Positions 1 to 9,078 of a stretch of 64,000 nt of DNA are shown here, piece by piece; the stretch's first letter is position 1; each line of letters begins with the position of its first letter. A program made the translations under genes and the position numbers. The DNA lies in contig CAUUMS010000008.1 in assembly GCA_963546395.1 (NCBI GenBank), forward strand, positions 2,481 through 66,480. Direction: 5' to 3'. A model generated the notes under the pieces. That model saw only the letters and a list, made by a program, of their open reading frames with translations, was not told the DNA's origin and did no database searches. Source of the stretch: an uncultured Bacteroidia bacterium (GTDB lineage Bacteria > Bacteroidota > Bacteroidia > Bacteroidales > CAJPTX01).

Positions 1-793
1 CGATGAGGGTATCGATTCGCTGCCGGTAGAAAGCCGTGATGTTCTGCACGTAGGCCGCATCTTTCAGCCGTCCCTCTATCTTGAACGAGCTGATGCCCGC
101 CTGGATGAGCTGCTCGAGGTGGTCGCTACGATCGAGATCGCAGAGCGAAAGCAGATGCTGATCGCATGCCAGGGGTCGCCCGTCGAGGGTGGTCAGGGTG
201 TATGGCAGCCGACATGGCTGCGCGCACTGCCCCCGATTGGCACTCCGCGCGCCCAGGTATTCGCTCAGGTAGCACTGGCCGCTATAGCACACGCAGAGGG
301 CCCCGTGCACAAAGGCCTCTAGCTCCACGGATGTACACTGGCGAATGCGTGCAATGGCCGCAGGGGGTAGCTCACGCGCCAGTATGATGCGGGAGAATCC
401 GCACCGTTCCAGGAATTGCACCTTCTCCGGGGTGCGGCAATCGGCCTGGGTGCTGGCATGCAGCTCCACGGGTGGCAGATGCATCTGCGCAAAGGCCATG
501 TCCTGCACGATGAGGGCATCAACACCGCACTCGTGGAGGGCCCACGCCATGCGCTCAGCGGCCTTGAGCTCGCTGTCGTAGAGGAGGGTGTTGAGTGTGG
601 CGTAGACGCGCACATCGAAAAGATGCGCCTCCTGCGCAAGCGTTGCGATGTCATCTAGGCTGTTGGCAGCCCGATAGCGAGCCCCGAACTGTGGGGGACC
701 AATGTATAGCGCATCGGCACCGGCTTGGATAGCCACCCGACCCGTGGCGAGAGTGGCGGCCGGAGCTAGCAATTCGAGCTGCATGCGTGCCAT
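1..793 (-). CDS. peptidase U32 family protein (collagenase-like), N-terminal ~260 aa; gene runs off the left edge
   Basis: Own translation of the minus strand from ATG 793/784 (MARMQLELLAPAATLATGRVAIQAGADALYIGPPQFGAR...). Contains EAFVHGALCVCYSGQCYLS, which fits the U32 signature E-x-F-x2-G-[SA]-[LIVM]-C-x4-G-x-C-x-[LIVM]-S. Absent from the ORF track because it is truncated by the window edge. Confidence 0.8.
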   Translation of the reverse strand, partial: MARMQLELLAPAATLATGRVAIQAGADALYIGPPQFGARYRAANSLDDIATLAQEAHLFDVRVYATLNTLLYDSELKAAERMAWALHECGVDALIVQDMAFAQMHLPPVELHASTQADCRTPEKVQFLERCGFSRIILARELPPAAIARIRQCTSVELEAFVHGALCVCYSGQCYLSEYLGARSANRGQCAQPCRLPYTLTTLDGRPLACDQHLLSLCDLDRSDHLEQLIQAGISSFKIEGRLKDAAYVQNITAFYRQRIDTLI

Positions 794-861
794 GGGGGCA
801 AACGACACAGCCGCGGAGCCCATCAGACCCCGCGGCTGCGCATCAGTCTACAAAAGGGAGC

Positions 862-1836
862 CTACTTACACTTGAGCGTCACCTTCATCTCGTGCTCGGC
901 GGCCTCCTTGTAGGCGCCATGGGCCGCCTCCTTGTAGGCCTCGCAGGCATCATTCTTGTTGCCCGTGGCCGCGAGGGACTTGGCCTTCAGGAAGTAGAAT
1001 TGCGTCTTGTCCATGGTGCCAGGGGCGTTTTCGATGGCCAGGTTGGTGTATTCGATCACCTTGCCGTGATCGCTCTTCGCGTTGTAGCACATGGCGAGGG
1101 CGCCGTAGATTTCAGCCTCACGGGGGTCGATCTTAATGGCACGCTCGTAGATGGCGATGGCCGCATCCGTCTGCTTGGCTTCCTGAGATTTCAGCCCCTG
1201 CATCTTCAGGTGGGCAATGGCCATGCCCTGGAGGTCGAGCTCACGCGCCGCATTGTTGGTTTGCTTAGCCATCTCAAGCCCCTTCTCCACGGTGCTCAGC
1301 ATCTCATCATACTGCTTGAGGGAGTCCTGGGCGAGGGCGAGGCCCACGAATGCGTCCAGATTGCGATCGTCAACGTTGATGGTCTTCTGCATCAACTCGG
1401 CCGCACGCGCATAGTTGGCGGCCTTTATGGCATTGAGCCCCTCGGTGTAGTAGATGCGAGGGATGATGCGGTCGGTTTTCTCGATGGTCGCCTTGTCGCC
1501 CACCGCAGCGGCTGTGCTCTTGGCCAGCTCCATTTGCTCGATGGCTTCAGCGAACTTCTTCTGGGTGGTGAAGTGCCTTGCGTAGCCGAAGTGCACCTGC
1601 GGCAGGAGCTTTTGCGCCTTCCCCTTGAGGTCGGCCGACTCGTCGGTGGCGATGGCATCGCATTTCTCCACGCATTGCTTCAGCTTGTCGATGGCCCCCT
1701 TGAAATCAGTCTGATGCGTCTGCACAGCCGTGTTGTAGAGGTCAACTGCCTCCTGCATACTCTGGGCCGAGATGGCTAGTGGCATGCCGAGCAGGGCGAG
1801 TAGGAGCACAAGGTAACTTCGCATGGGATATCGCAT
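862..1836 (-). CDS. TPR-repeat secreted protein / lipoprotein
   Basis: 324-aa ORF with signal peptide MRSYLVLLLALLGMPLAISAQ. The body is A/K/E-rich helical repeats with TPR-like A-x-x-Y-x-x-A spacing. The antisense 330-aa ORF (787..1779 +) is judged spurious. Confidence 0.7.
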   Translation of the reverse strand: MRYPMRSYLVLLLALLGMPLAISAQSMQEAVDLYNTAVQTHQTDFKGAIDKLKQCVEKCDAIATDESADLKGKAQKLLPQVHFGYARHFTTQKKFAEAIEQMELAKSTAAAVGDKATIEKTDRIIPRIYYTEGLNAIKAANYARAAELMQKTINVDDRNLDAFVGLALAQDSLKQYDEMLSTVEKGLEMAKQTNNAARELDLQGMAIAHLKMQGLKSQEAKQTDAAIAIYERAIKIDPREAEIYGALAMCYNAKSDHGKVIEYTNLAIENAPGTMDKTQFYFLKAKSLAATGNKNDACEAYKEAAHGAYKEAAEHEMKVTLKCK

Positions 1837-1933
1837 AGTTGTGATCGTGTTGTGATTCTAACGTAGTGTGACCCTTATCGGAGTGCTAAGGTAGCGATAA
1901 TGCATTTAACACCCTAATGAGGCGCAAGATTCC

Positions 1934-2377
1934 TCACCACTTTTCGCGTCTTGCCCGAAAGAACGACTGCATGAGCTGGGCGCACTCGGCGGCCATATCG
2001 CCAGTGTAGACCCGGGTGCTGGGGTGCAGCATGCTGGGGGAGTAGCGCGTGTAGCCACGTCGGGGATCGGGAGCCCCGTAGTGCAACTCGCCCACGCGGG
2101 CCCAAAGGATGGCCCCGGCGCACATGGGGCATGGCTCCAGGGTGACGTAAAGGGCGCACTGATCCAGGAATTTACCCCCGAGATGATTGGTGGCCGCAGT
2201 GATGGCTAGCATTTCCGCATGGGCCGTGGGGTCGGCTAACGTCTCGGTGAGGTTATGCCCTCGCCCGATGATGCGCCCCCCGCCCACCACGACGGCACCC
2301 ACGGGCACCTCGCCCGCCTCGTAGGCAAGCTGGGCCTCTGCAAAGGCCGCACGCATGGGGGATTCTACCATGGCCAT
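1934..2377 (-). CDS. tadA: tRNA-specific adenosine deaminase
   Basis: Zinc deaminase motifs HAEMLAI and PCPMCAGA with a C-terminal FFRARR tail. ORF 1934..2434 is trimmed to ATG 2377 because a TATCTTTG -7 box lies at 2432..2439. Confidence 0.85.
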   Translation of the reverse strand: MAMVESPMRAAFAEAQLAYEAGEVPVGAVVVGGGRIIGRGHNLTETLADPTAHAEMLAITAATNHLGGKFLDQCALYVTLEPCPMCAGAILWARVGELHYGAPDPRRGYTRYSPSMLHPSTRVYTGDMAAECAQLMQSFFRARREKW

Positions 2378-2546
2378 ATCACCTCGGACGATGGGCACCT
2401 CGCTACGAGGAGCACGCACGTCATGACGTGGCAAAGATAGGCCATGTGGCGCAGTGGTGAACTATGGCGGGATCTTTACGTTATAAGGATCGCAGGGGGC
2501 AATAAATACTGAAACTTGAGTAATACCCCTATTGGAGGCAACAGCT

Positions 2547-3122
2547 ATGGTACACAAACTACCTGAACTACCGTATGCGCTCGATGCGCTGAATCCGCAT
2601 ATCTCTAAGCAGACGCTGGAATTCCATCACGGGAAGCATCACCTGGCTTACGTGAATAACCTGAATGCACTGATCCCGGGTACCAAGTTTGAGGATGCCA
2701 CGCTGGAGGATATGATTCGTGAGGCTGATGGCGGGATCTTCAACAATGCAGCCCAGATATGGAATCACACGTTCTACTTTCAGGCCTTTTCGCCCAAGCC
2801 CAAGGCGGCCCCCGAGGGGAAGTTGCTAGAGGCCATCGTGCGCGACTTCGGTTCGTTTGAGGCGTTCCGGGAAGAGTTCACCAAGGCGGCAGCTTCCCTC
2901 TTCGGCTCAGGCTGGGCCTGGCTGGCCGTGGATGGGGATGGCAAGTTGCAGATTGTAAAGGAGTCCAACGCTGGCAATCCTCTTCGGCAGGGGCTAAAGC
3001 CGCTGCTCACATGCGATGTGTGGGAGCATGCCTACTACCTGGACTACCAGAATCGCCGCCCAGATTACCTGAGCAATTTCTGGCCGCTGGTGGATTGGGC
3101 TGTGGTAGAGAGCCGTTTCTAG
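2547..3122 (+). CDS. sod: Fe/Mn superoxide dismutase
   Basis: MVHKLPELPYALDALNPHISKQTLEFHHGKHH and DVWEHAYYLDYQNRR are canonical Fe/Mn-SOD ligand motifs. ATG 2547 is preferred over the upstream TTG at 2532. Confidence 0.95.
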   Translation: MVHKLPELPYALDALNPHISKQTLEFHHGKHHLAYVNNLNALIPGTKFEDATLEDMIREADGGIFNNAAQIWNHTFYFQAFSPKPKAAPEGKLLEAIVRDFGSFEAFREEFTKAAASLFGSGWAWLAVDGDGKLQIVKESNAGNPLRQGLKPLLTCDVWEHAYYLDYQNRRPDYLSNFWPLVDWAVVESRF

Positions 3123-3147
3123 GTCGGGGAATCCGATACGAACTAGC

Positions 3148-3186
3148 GAAGGCGAGGAGGTGAACACCTTCTCGCCTTCATTTTAT
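3148..3186 (+). terminator. intrinsic terminator of sod
   Basis: GAAGGCGAG(3148-3156)...CTCGCCTTC(3171-3179) stem with inner AGGTG/CACCT pairing, followed by ATTTTAT. Confidence 0.75.
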
Positions 3187-3266
3187 ATACCATTACACCA
3201 GTATAAGAGAGCTGGGAGAGACCGAGGGAGCTCACGGTAGGCAGCTAAAGGGAACCTGATCTCTGC

Positions 3267-4373
3267 TCAGGCCACCTTCTTATAGCTCAGCACGGCCCAC
3301 ACGTTGAATAGCACGGCAAAGCCCGTGAGGCGGAGTAGCTGCGGTGCCAAGTCGGCCCAATCACTCCCTCGCAGGTAGACGGAGCGCAGGAGGTCGATGT
3401 AATAGGTGAGCGGATTGGCGTAAGCAACTACCTGTGCCCAGATAGGCATGGTCTCAATGTTGGTGAACAGGCCGCTCATCAGGAACAGGATGAGCATGTA
3501 GAATAGCATCAGGAAGGTGGCCTGTTGGAGCGTGCTGGAATAGTTGGACATGACGATGCCCATGCCGCTGATAGTGAGAATGTAGACGATGGTTGAGAAG
3601 TAGGCTAAGCCAATGCTACCCACTGGCCAGAGGTGGTAGACCCACCCCATGAGGCCGATGCAGCCGGTGAAGATGACGATCCCCATGCCCCAGTAGGGGA
3701 TGATTTTGGCCAGTATAAACTGAAATCGGCTCACCGGCGTGACGTTGATCTGGTAGATGGTACCCCGCTCTTTCTCCTGCACAATGTTGAGCACCGCCAG
3801 GAGGCCGCAGACTAGCGTTATGAGCATGACGATGAGGGCTGGAAGCATAAAGACCTTGTAGTCCTGCTGGGGATTGAACCGGAAGATGGGCTCTATGCGG
3901 CAGGGCAATACTCCACCCGATGGGGCTCGCTCGCACTGCACCTCCAGTGTGAACTGGTGCACCATGGCGGCTACAGCATTGCTTGCCAGCAGGGCTTTAG
4001 TGCCATCCACCGCTGAGAATGCGCACAGCAGCCTGGGGTTCTGACCAGCCGCTAGGGCTTTACCGAAATGTGGAGGTAGCTCGATAATGCCGTCTACCTT
4101 GCGCTGCTCTACCATGGCGTATGCCGACTGGTAGTCGGGCACACACTCCACAGCAGCCAGCTGCGTTGAGGCATTGAGCTTGGCAATCAGCCGCTGCGCA
4201 TAGCTGCTGGCATCCCTATCGACTACAGCCAGGCGCACGTCACGCACCTCGAAGGTGGTGGCCCACGGGATAAGTAGCAGCATGACGAGGGGGAAGTACA
4301 CCATCAGCAGGATGAATAGCGGCGTGCGCATTATCTGCCGGAACTCCTTTTCCACCAAGTACTTTAGCACCAT
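3267..4373 (-). CDS. ABC-2 type transporter permease (YbhR/YbhS-like)
   Basis: 368 aa with one N-terminal TM helix, a large extracytoplasmic loop and a cluster of C-terminal TM helices. It is the last gene of the HlyD/ABC operon. Confidence 0.85.
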   Translation of the reverse strand: MVLKYLVEKEFRQIMRTPLFILLMVYFPLVMLLLIPWATTFEVRDVRLAVVDRDASSYAQRLIAKLNASTQLAAVECVPDYQSAYAMVEQRKVDGIIELPPHFGKALAAGQNPRLLCAFSAVDGTKALLASNAVAAMVHQFTLEVQCERAPSGGVLPCRIEPIFRFNPQQDYKVFMLPALIVMLITLVCGLLAVLNIVQEKERGTIYQINVTPVSRFQFILAKIIPYWGMGIVIFTGCIGLMGWVYHLWPVGSIGLAYFSTIVYILTISGMGIVMSNYSSTLQQATFLMLFYMLILFLMSGLFTNIETMPIWAQVVAYANPLTYYIDLLRSVYLRGSDWADLAPQLLRLTGFAVLFNVWAVLSYKKVA

Positions 4374-4383
4374 GGCTGAGCTG

Positions 4384-5484
4384 CTACAGTCGTTTTTTCT
4401 GCTTACGCAGAGCTAGGCCCACGAATGCGGTGCCCATACCTGCCAGAACAAACAGATTGGGGGCCACCTCGCGCCAACCTCCTCCCTGAATCATCACGCA
4501 GCGCACGGCATCGATGAACCACTTCGCCGGCACCAACTCGGCCACGTACTGTAGGGCCTTGGGCATGCCGCTGAGCTGGAACATCATGCCTGAGAACATC
4601 ATGGTGGGCATCATGGTGGCAATACCCGCCACGATAATCGCCACGGCTTGCGTCTTAGCTGCTGCAGAGACTAGTAGTCCCATTGCCAGTGCAAGCAGTA
4701 TGTACAGCGTGACGATGACCCAAAGTAACACTAGGCTCCCTTGGATGGGTACGTCTAGTGCGAAATACGATAACAGGAGCATGGCCACGAGATCCACGTA
4801 GGCGATGACCATGTAGGGCACCAGCTTGGACACGAGCAGGGTGGAGATGCGCAGCGGTGAGGCGAATAGCACCTCGATTGTCCCAGACTCCTTCTCCCGC
4901 ACTAGCGATACGGAGGTCATCACCCCGCATATGACGATGAGCACAAGTCCCATCACGCCAGGCACGAAATTGTAAGTCGATTTCAGCGTGGGGTTATACA
5001 GCATTCGTGGCACAAACTCCACATGCTGTGAGACAGCCCCACGATGTGAGGCCACGAGCACCCGATTCAGGATGCCCTGCATGTACCCCTGCGCAATAGA
5101 AGCCACATTGGGATCTGAGGCATCCAGCTCCAATTGCATATGCGCATCCCGACGCACGAGCAGATGCTGCGTGAAATCGGGGGGGATGACTAGGGCTAAG
5201 TCTATGGATCGCCGCCGGAATAGCCGATCGATGTCACGACGATCGTTCACCTTGTCGACCAGGGTGAAGTATCCACTGTGCTCCATGGCCTCGACGAGCT
5301 GCCGCTCGATGCCCCCATCGAGCTCTCCCAGCACGGCGAAACGCAAGTGGTTGACCTCGGTGTTGAGTGCAAATCCGAACAGCAGTAGCTGCACAATGGG
5401 GAGAGCCAGCAGGATCATCACCGTGCGACGGTCACGGAGGATGTGGTAGAACTCTTTCTGGACGCAGGCGATGAATGTCCGCAT
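4384..5484 (-). CDS. ABC-2 type transporter permease (YbhS/YbhR-like)
   Basis: Same architecture as 3267..4373. Start set at MRTFIACVQKEF (ATG 5484), 25 nt after the upstream ATPase stop, rather than the overlapping 5532. Confidence 0.85.
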   Translation of the reverse strand: MRTFIACVQKEFYHILRDRRTVMILLALPIVQLLLFGFALNTEVNHLRFAVLGELDGGIERQLVEAMEHSGYFTLVDKVNDRRDIDRLFRRRSIDLALVIPPDFTQHLLVRRDAHMQLELDASDPNVASIAQGYMQGILNRVLVASHRGAVSQHVEFVPRMLYNPTLKSTYNFVPGVMGLVLIVICGVMTSVSLVREKESGTIEVLFASPLRISTLLVSKLVPYMVIAYVDLVAMLLLSYFALDVPIQGSLVLLWVIVTLYILLALAMGLLVSAAAKTQAVAIIVAGIATMMPTMMFSGMMFQLSGMPKALQYVAELVPAKWFIDAVRCVMIQGGGWREVAPNLFVLAGMGTAFVGLALRKQKKRL

Positions 5485-5509
5485 GGTAGGGTCTGGTCGA
5501 CAGATGTCC

Positions 5510-6388
5510 TTACTCGGAGTTCTTAGCCCCACGTGCTAATGCCCGAAACACCTCGTCCATTGTCTCGGCATGATAGCGTTCCTTCAGGGCAACCGGGGTA
5601 TCAAGGGCCCGTATTTGCCCATCCACCATCATCGAAACACGGTTACAGTACTCGGCCTCATCCATATAGTGGGTGGTCACGAACACGGTGATGCCGTCCT
5701 CAGCAGCCTCGTAGATCAGCTCCCAGAATCGCCGACGCATGATGGGATCCACGCCGCCCGTAGGCTCATCTAGGAATACCACAGATGGACGATGCAGGAT
5801 GGCAACTGAGAAGGCGAGCCGCTGCTTGAGGCCCAGTGGCAAATCGCGCACCATGGAGTTGCGGTAGGCCTCAAAATCGAGCTGCTGGAGCAAGGTATCT
5901 GTCTTGCTAGCGATCTCACGGCCCGTCAAGCCATAGATACCGCCGAAGAGTCGAATATTCTCCCATACCCGCAAATCCTCATAGAGCGAGAAGCGTTGCA
6001 TCATGTAACCGATGTTACGCTTCACCTGCTCACGCTGGTGCACGATGTCGTAACCAGCCACTTGCCCCCAGCCAGCACTAGGCTTCAGCAACCCGCATAG
6101 CATCTTTATCGCCGTGGTTTTACCGGCCCCATTGGCACCGAGGAAGCCGAATATTTCACCTCGCCTCACTGCGAATGAAATAGCATCCACGGCCGTGAAA
6201 TGGCCGAAACGGCGGGTGAGCTCTCGTACCTCAACTGCGTACTCCGCATCGTGCATAGCCGAATCAGATTTCACGGCGACCCTCCCACTGCGCTTCGCAA
6301 TACTTGCTATTGGGGACAGTATGCATTCTCGTGGTGCCACAATGCCAAAGACTCCCCATGTCACGCCTCGCTGAGTGCTATAAAACAA
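5510..6388 (-). CDS. ABC transporter ATP-binding protein (second NBD, degenerate signature motif)
   Basis: Walker A GANGAGKTT, Walker B VVFLDEPTGGVD and H-loop TTHYMDEA. The signature position reads LPLGLKQR instead of LSGGQ. Start uncertain (6388 or MHDAEY at 6256). Confidence 0.9.
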   Translation of the reverse strand: MFYSTQRGVTWGVFGIVAPRECILSPIASIAKRSGRVAVKSDSAMHDAEYAVEVRELTRRFGHFTAVDAISFAVRRGEIFGFLGANGAGKTTAIKMLCGLLKPSAGWGQVAGYDIVHQREQVKRNIGYMMQRFSLYEDLRVWENIRLFGGIYGLTGREIASKTDTLLQQLDFEAYRNSMVRDLPLGLKQRLAFSVAILHRPSVVFLDEPTGGVDPIMRRRFWELIYEAAEDGITVFVTTHYMDEAEYCNRVSMMVDGQIRALDTPVALKERYHAETMDEVFRALARGAKNSE

Positions 6389-7299
6389 TCCTCCACGCCC
6401 GGGGCTATTAGCTCAACCGTGGCATCATGAAAGCCCTGCGCAGCAAGTACCTTACGGATACTCTCGGGCGATGCCGAGGCCGCTAGGGTGACATGATGCG
6501 ATTCGCCGAATGGTACAGCCCGCACTACCGTGGGCAACCTCTGAAGCACCTTGAGCATACCATGCATCCGGTCGCCTCGCACCCGGCACAGCTGGGCCTC
6601 ATGTCGGGCCAGCACCCCCTCAGGCGTATCAGTGAGAATGCAGCGTCCCTCCCGCATCAACGCAATGCGATCGCACTGGCTCGCCTCATTCATGTAGGCG
6701 GTGGAGACTAGCACGGTGATCCCTTCGCCCTTCAGCCGGCGTAGCGTTACCCACAGATCAGTGCGTGATACGGGGTCGACACCCGTGGTGGGCTCATCGA
6801 GGAATAGCACCCGTGGACGGTGTATCAGCGCGCAGCATAGCATGAGCTTCTGCTTCATCCCCCCCGAGAGGGCGCCCGCCTTTCGCCGTGCAAACGGAGC
6901 CAGCGGGGCGTAGATATCCTCTATCAGCGAGTAGCTATCCTGCATGTCAGAGCCAAAGATGGTGGAGTAGAATCGGATGTTCTCTGCCACCGTAAGGTCG
7001 TGGTAGAGTGAAAACACCTGTGGCACGTACCCGATCCGTGAGCGAATACGGGCGTAATCACGCTCCAGATCCAATCCGTCCACCATGGCCCTACCACCCG
7101 AGGGGCGTAGCAGGGTGGCTAACACACGAATGAGCGTGGTCTTACCAGCCCCATCAGGGCCGATGAGGCCAAAGATCTCCCCCGCATGAACGCTCAAGTT
7201 CAGGCCGGCCTCCGGAGTACCTACCCCGCCCGTCAACCCGTGCTTCCAGCCCCCACGTGGGTATTGCTTCCAGAGCCCCTCGAGTACTGTCACAGGCAA
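6361..7299 (-). CDS. ABC transporter ATP-binding protein (first NBD)
   Basis: Walker A GPDGAGKTT, signature LSGGMKQKL, Walker B VLFLDEPTTGVD and H-loop STAYMNEA. Confidence 0.9.
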   Translation of the reverse strand: MPVTVLEGLWKQYPRGGWKHGLTGGVGTPEAGLNLSVHAGEIFGLIGPDGAGKTTLIRVLATLLRPSGGRAMVDGLDLERDYARIRSRIGYVPQVFSLYHDLTVAENIRFYSTIFGSDMQDSYSLIEDIYAPLAPFARRKAGALSGGMKQKLMLCCALIHRPRVLFLDEPTTGVDPVSRTDLWVTLRRLKGEGITVLVSTAYMNEASQCDRIALMREGRCILTDTPEGVLARHEAQLCRVRGDRMHGMLKVLQRLPTVVRAVPFGESHHVTLAASASPESIRKVLAAQGFHDATVELIAPGVEDCFIALSEA

Positions 7300-7307
7300 G
7301 CCCCTTC

Positions 7308-8228
7308 CTACTGCACCACCGCCGGTAGACGTATTTCGCCGTACATGCCCCGCTTCAGCACCCCACCCGAATTGGGTACGCTCACCGTCACGGCATACAG
7401 CAGGCTCTCACGCATGTCCTGCGTCAGCGCGGCCCTGGGGGTAAACTCAGCCTCCTGCGAGATCCACGTCACGCACCCCGAGAAAGTAGCCTGGGCCCCT
7501 GCCACGCTATCTATCTGCACGGCCACTGTGTCGCCCACGGCCACACGTTGCAACCCCTCATAGGAGACGTAGGCACGCAGAGTCAGTTGCGTCATATTGG
7601 CCACACGCACCAACGGAGACCCTGCCCCCACCAGTTCACCAGCCGACACGTAGCGTTGCAATACGGTTCCCTGCACAGGGGACACAATGCGACACTGGGC
7701 CACGTGGTAGCGCAATTGCTCATCCCGAATGGCCAGGGCCATACGCTGTGCCACAGCCTGCTCTTCCCTCTTGCTAAGGCGTGACAATGCAGCCCGCGCG
7801 CTGCGGTGCGTAGCCAGCTGCGCATCGATATCGTCGAGTCGCTTTCTCGAGGCAGCCTGCGCCCTCACAAGGCGTTCAATACGAGCCCGGTCGGTCGTAA
7901 GCCTGTGTATCTTCTCCTCGATGGCTGCCGCCTTCAGCGCATCATCTGGCATCTGCGCCTCCATGCCCCGTACTTGCTCTGCCAGCTCTTGCCGCTGGAG
8001 CACGAGCAGGGTGCTATCCACCTCGCCCAGCAGTTGCCCCACTTTCACCGTCTGGCCCTCATCCACCACCCAGCGGACTACCCTACCGTTGGCCTCAGAC
8101 GAGACGAGCACCTCCTGTGCCTCGAAACTCCCAGAATACGCCGTCTCATTGCTAGCATCTCCGCAGGAAACCAACAGCGCAGGCGCAACGATAGCGGCCA
8201 TCAAGACATGTAATCGCCAACCGATCAT
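7308..8228 (-). CDS. HlyD-family membrane fusion / secretion protein (YbhG-like lipoprotein)
   Basis: Lipoprotein signal MIGWRLHVLMAAIVAPALLVSC, a central coiled coil rich in Q/E/R/A, and a C-terminal beta region. The long ORF (to 8360) is trimmed because a -7 box lies at 8335..8342. Confidence 0.8.
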   Translation of the reverse strand: MIGWRLHVLMAAIVAPALLVSCGDASNETAYSGSFEAQEVLVSSEANGRVVRWVVDEGQTVKVGQLLGEVDSTLLVLQRQELAEQVRGMEAQMPDDALKAAAIEEKIHRLTTDRARIERLVRAQAASRKRLDDIDAQLATHRSARAALSRLSKREEQAVAQRMALAIRDEQLRYHVAQCRIVSPVQGTVLQRYVSAGELVGAGSPLVRVANMTQLTLRAYVSYEGLQRVAVGDTVAVQIDSVAGAQATFSGCVTWISQEAEFTPRAALTQDMRESLLYAVTVSVPNSGGVLKRGMYGEIRLPAVVQ

Positions 8229-8334
8229 ACATCGCTCACCATTAGATCTGCCCCACCGGGTGCATACCGCCGATGCAAAGGGTAGCTCACCCCCTTGAAA
8301 CCCAGGTATCACCCTCCCTGTCCCCATTTTCGGG

Positions 8335-8342
8335 CAAAGATA
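8335..8342 (-). promoter_or_regulatory. -7 promoter box TATCTTTG for the HlyD/ABC operon
   Basis: Exact match to the Bacteroidota primary-sigma -7 consensus TAnnTTTG on the minus strand, about 105 nt upstream of ATG 8228. Confidence 0.55.
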
Positions 8343-8412
8343 TTTATAAAAAATGGGCATTCGCGGGCACTGCGTCGCTCATCCGCGCAGTGGCCCGTGC
8401 TTCCTATACGCA

Positions 8413-8447
8413 GAGAGGATCACCTGGTGGCACCAGATGACCCTCTC
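8413..8447. promoter_or_regulatory. 35-nt imperfect palindrome between the LuxR-family gene and the HlyD operon promoter
   Basis: GAGAGGATCACCTGGTG-G-CACCAGATGACCCTCTC with 15 of 17 arm positions complementary. The core CTGGTG-G-CACCAG is perfect. No T-run follows on either strand. Confidence 0.5.
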
Positions 8448-8469
8448 AGAGATTGTATTGGGCTACCGT

Positions 8470-9078
8470 CTAATTGCCGCACTTGGCATCCGTGGGCTCC
8501 ATCAGGTTCAGCGACACCGCGTAGATAGCCATACCGGGAATGGACTTGATGCCGAGCTTAGTGCTCAGGTTCTTCCGGTGCGATGTCACGGTATGCATGC
8601 TGATGCAGAGCTCCTGGCCTATCTCCTTGGCCGTCTTACCACGCACCAGGAGCTTTAGCACCTCTATCTCACGACGTGAAAGCCGCGGGGCGTGCTGGCG
8701 CATCTGCTGCCCCTCGATGTATGGGCGAATCACGTTGCCCACCGACTCCAGGCCCATGTGCAGGCTGACGATGTCATCGAAGAGCGAGAGGATATTACGC
8801 CCGATCTCCGAGTGCTGCAATCCCACCAGGCCCACCTGCGGGAAATGCTTGCGGATGTCGGCCACCGACTTCTGGTTGTAGTACGCCTGCACCACATCCA
8901 TGACGATGAGGCGCAGATCGGGCACGATGAAATCCATCCATCCCCGCCGCTCCAGGAGTGTCGTGGCCATAATCTGCATGGTGGGGTACTCCTTGAGCAC
9001 CAGCGTGCGTATCCCCTCGGCCACGAGAGGATATGGGGTAATAATGGCCATAGCCGGCCGATCGCTCATTAATTCCAT
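8470..9078 (-). CDS. LuxR/FixJ-family transcription factor with degenerate (pseudo-)receiver domain
   Basis: C-terminal HTH LSRREIEVLKLLVRGKTAKEIGQELCISMHTVTSHRKNLSTKLGI. The N-terminal receiver-like fold keeps LIVMDV but lacks the acidic DD pair (IITPYPLVAEG) and the conserved Lys. An alternative start ATG 9069 forms TAATG with the upstream stop. Confidence 0.8.
   Translation of the reverse strand: MELMSDRPAMAIITPYPLVAEGIRTLVLKEYPTMQIMATTLLERRGWMDFIVPDLRLIVMDVVQAYYNQKSVADIRKHFPQVGLVGLQHSEIGRNILSLFDDIVSLHMGLESVGNVIRPYIEGQQMRQHAPRLSRREIEVLKLLVRGKTAKEIGQELCISMHTVTSHRKNLSTKLGIKSIPGMAIYAVSLNLMEPTDAKCGN

Noticed and set aside
787-1779. 330-aa plus-strand ORF (Leu/Gly/Val/Arg-rich) overlapping the TPR gene
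   Set aside because: It is fully antisense to a well-supported TPR lipoprotein gene and has low-complexity GC-driven composition. No signal or motif was recognised. It is a typical high-GC shadow ORF.
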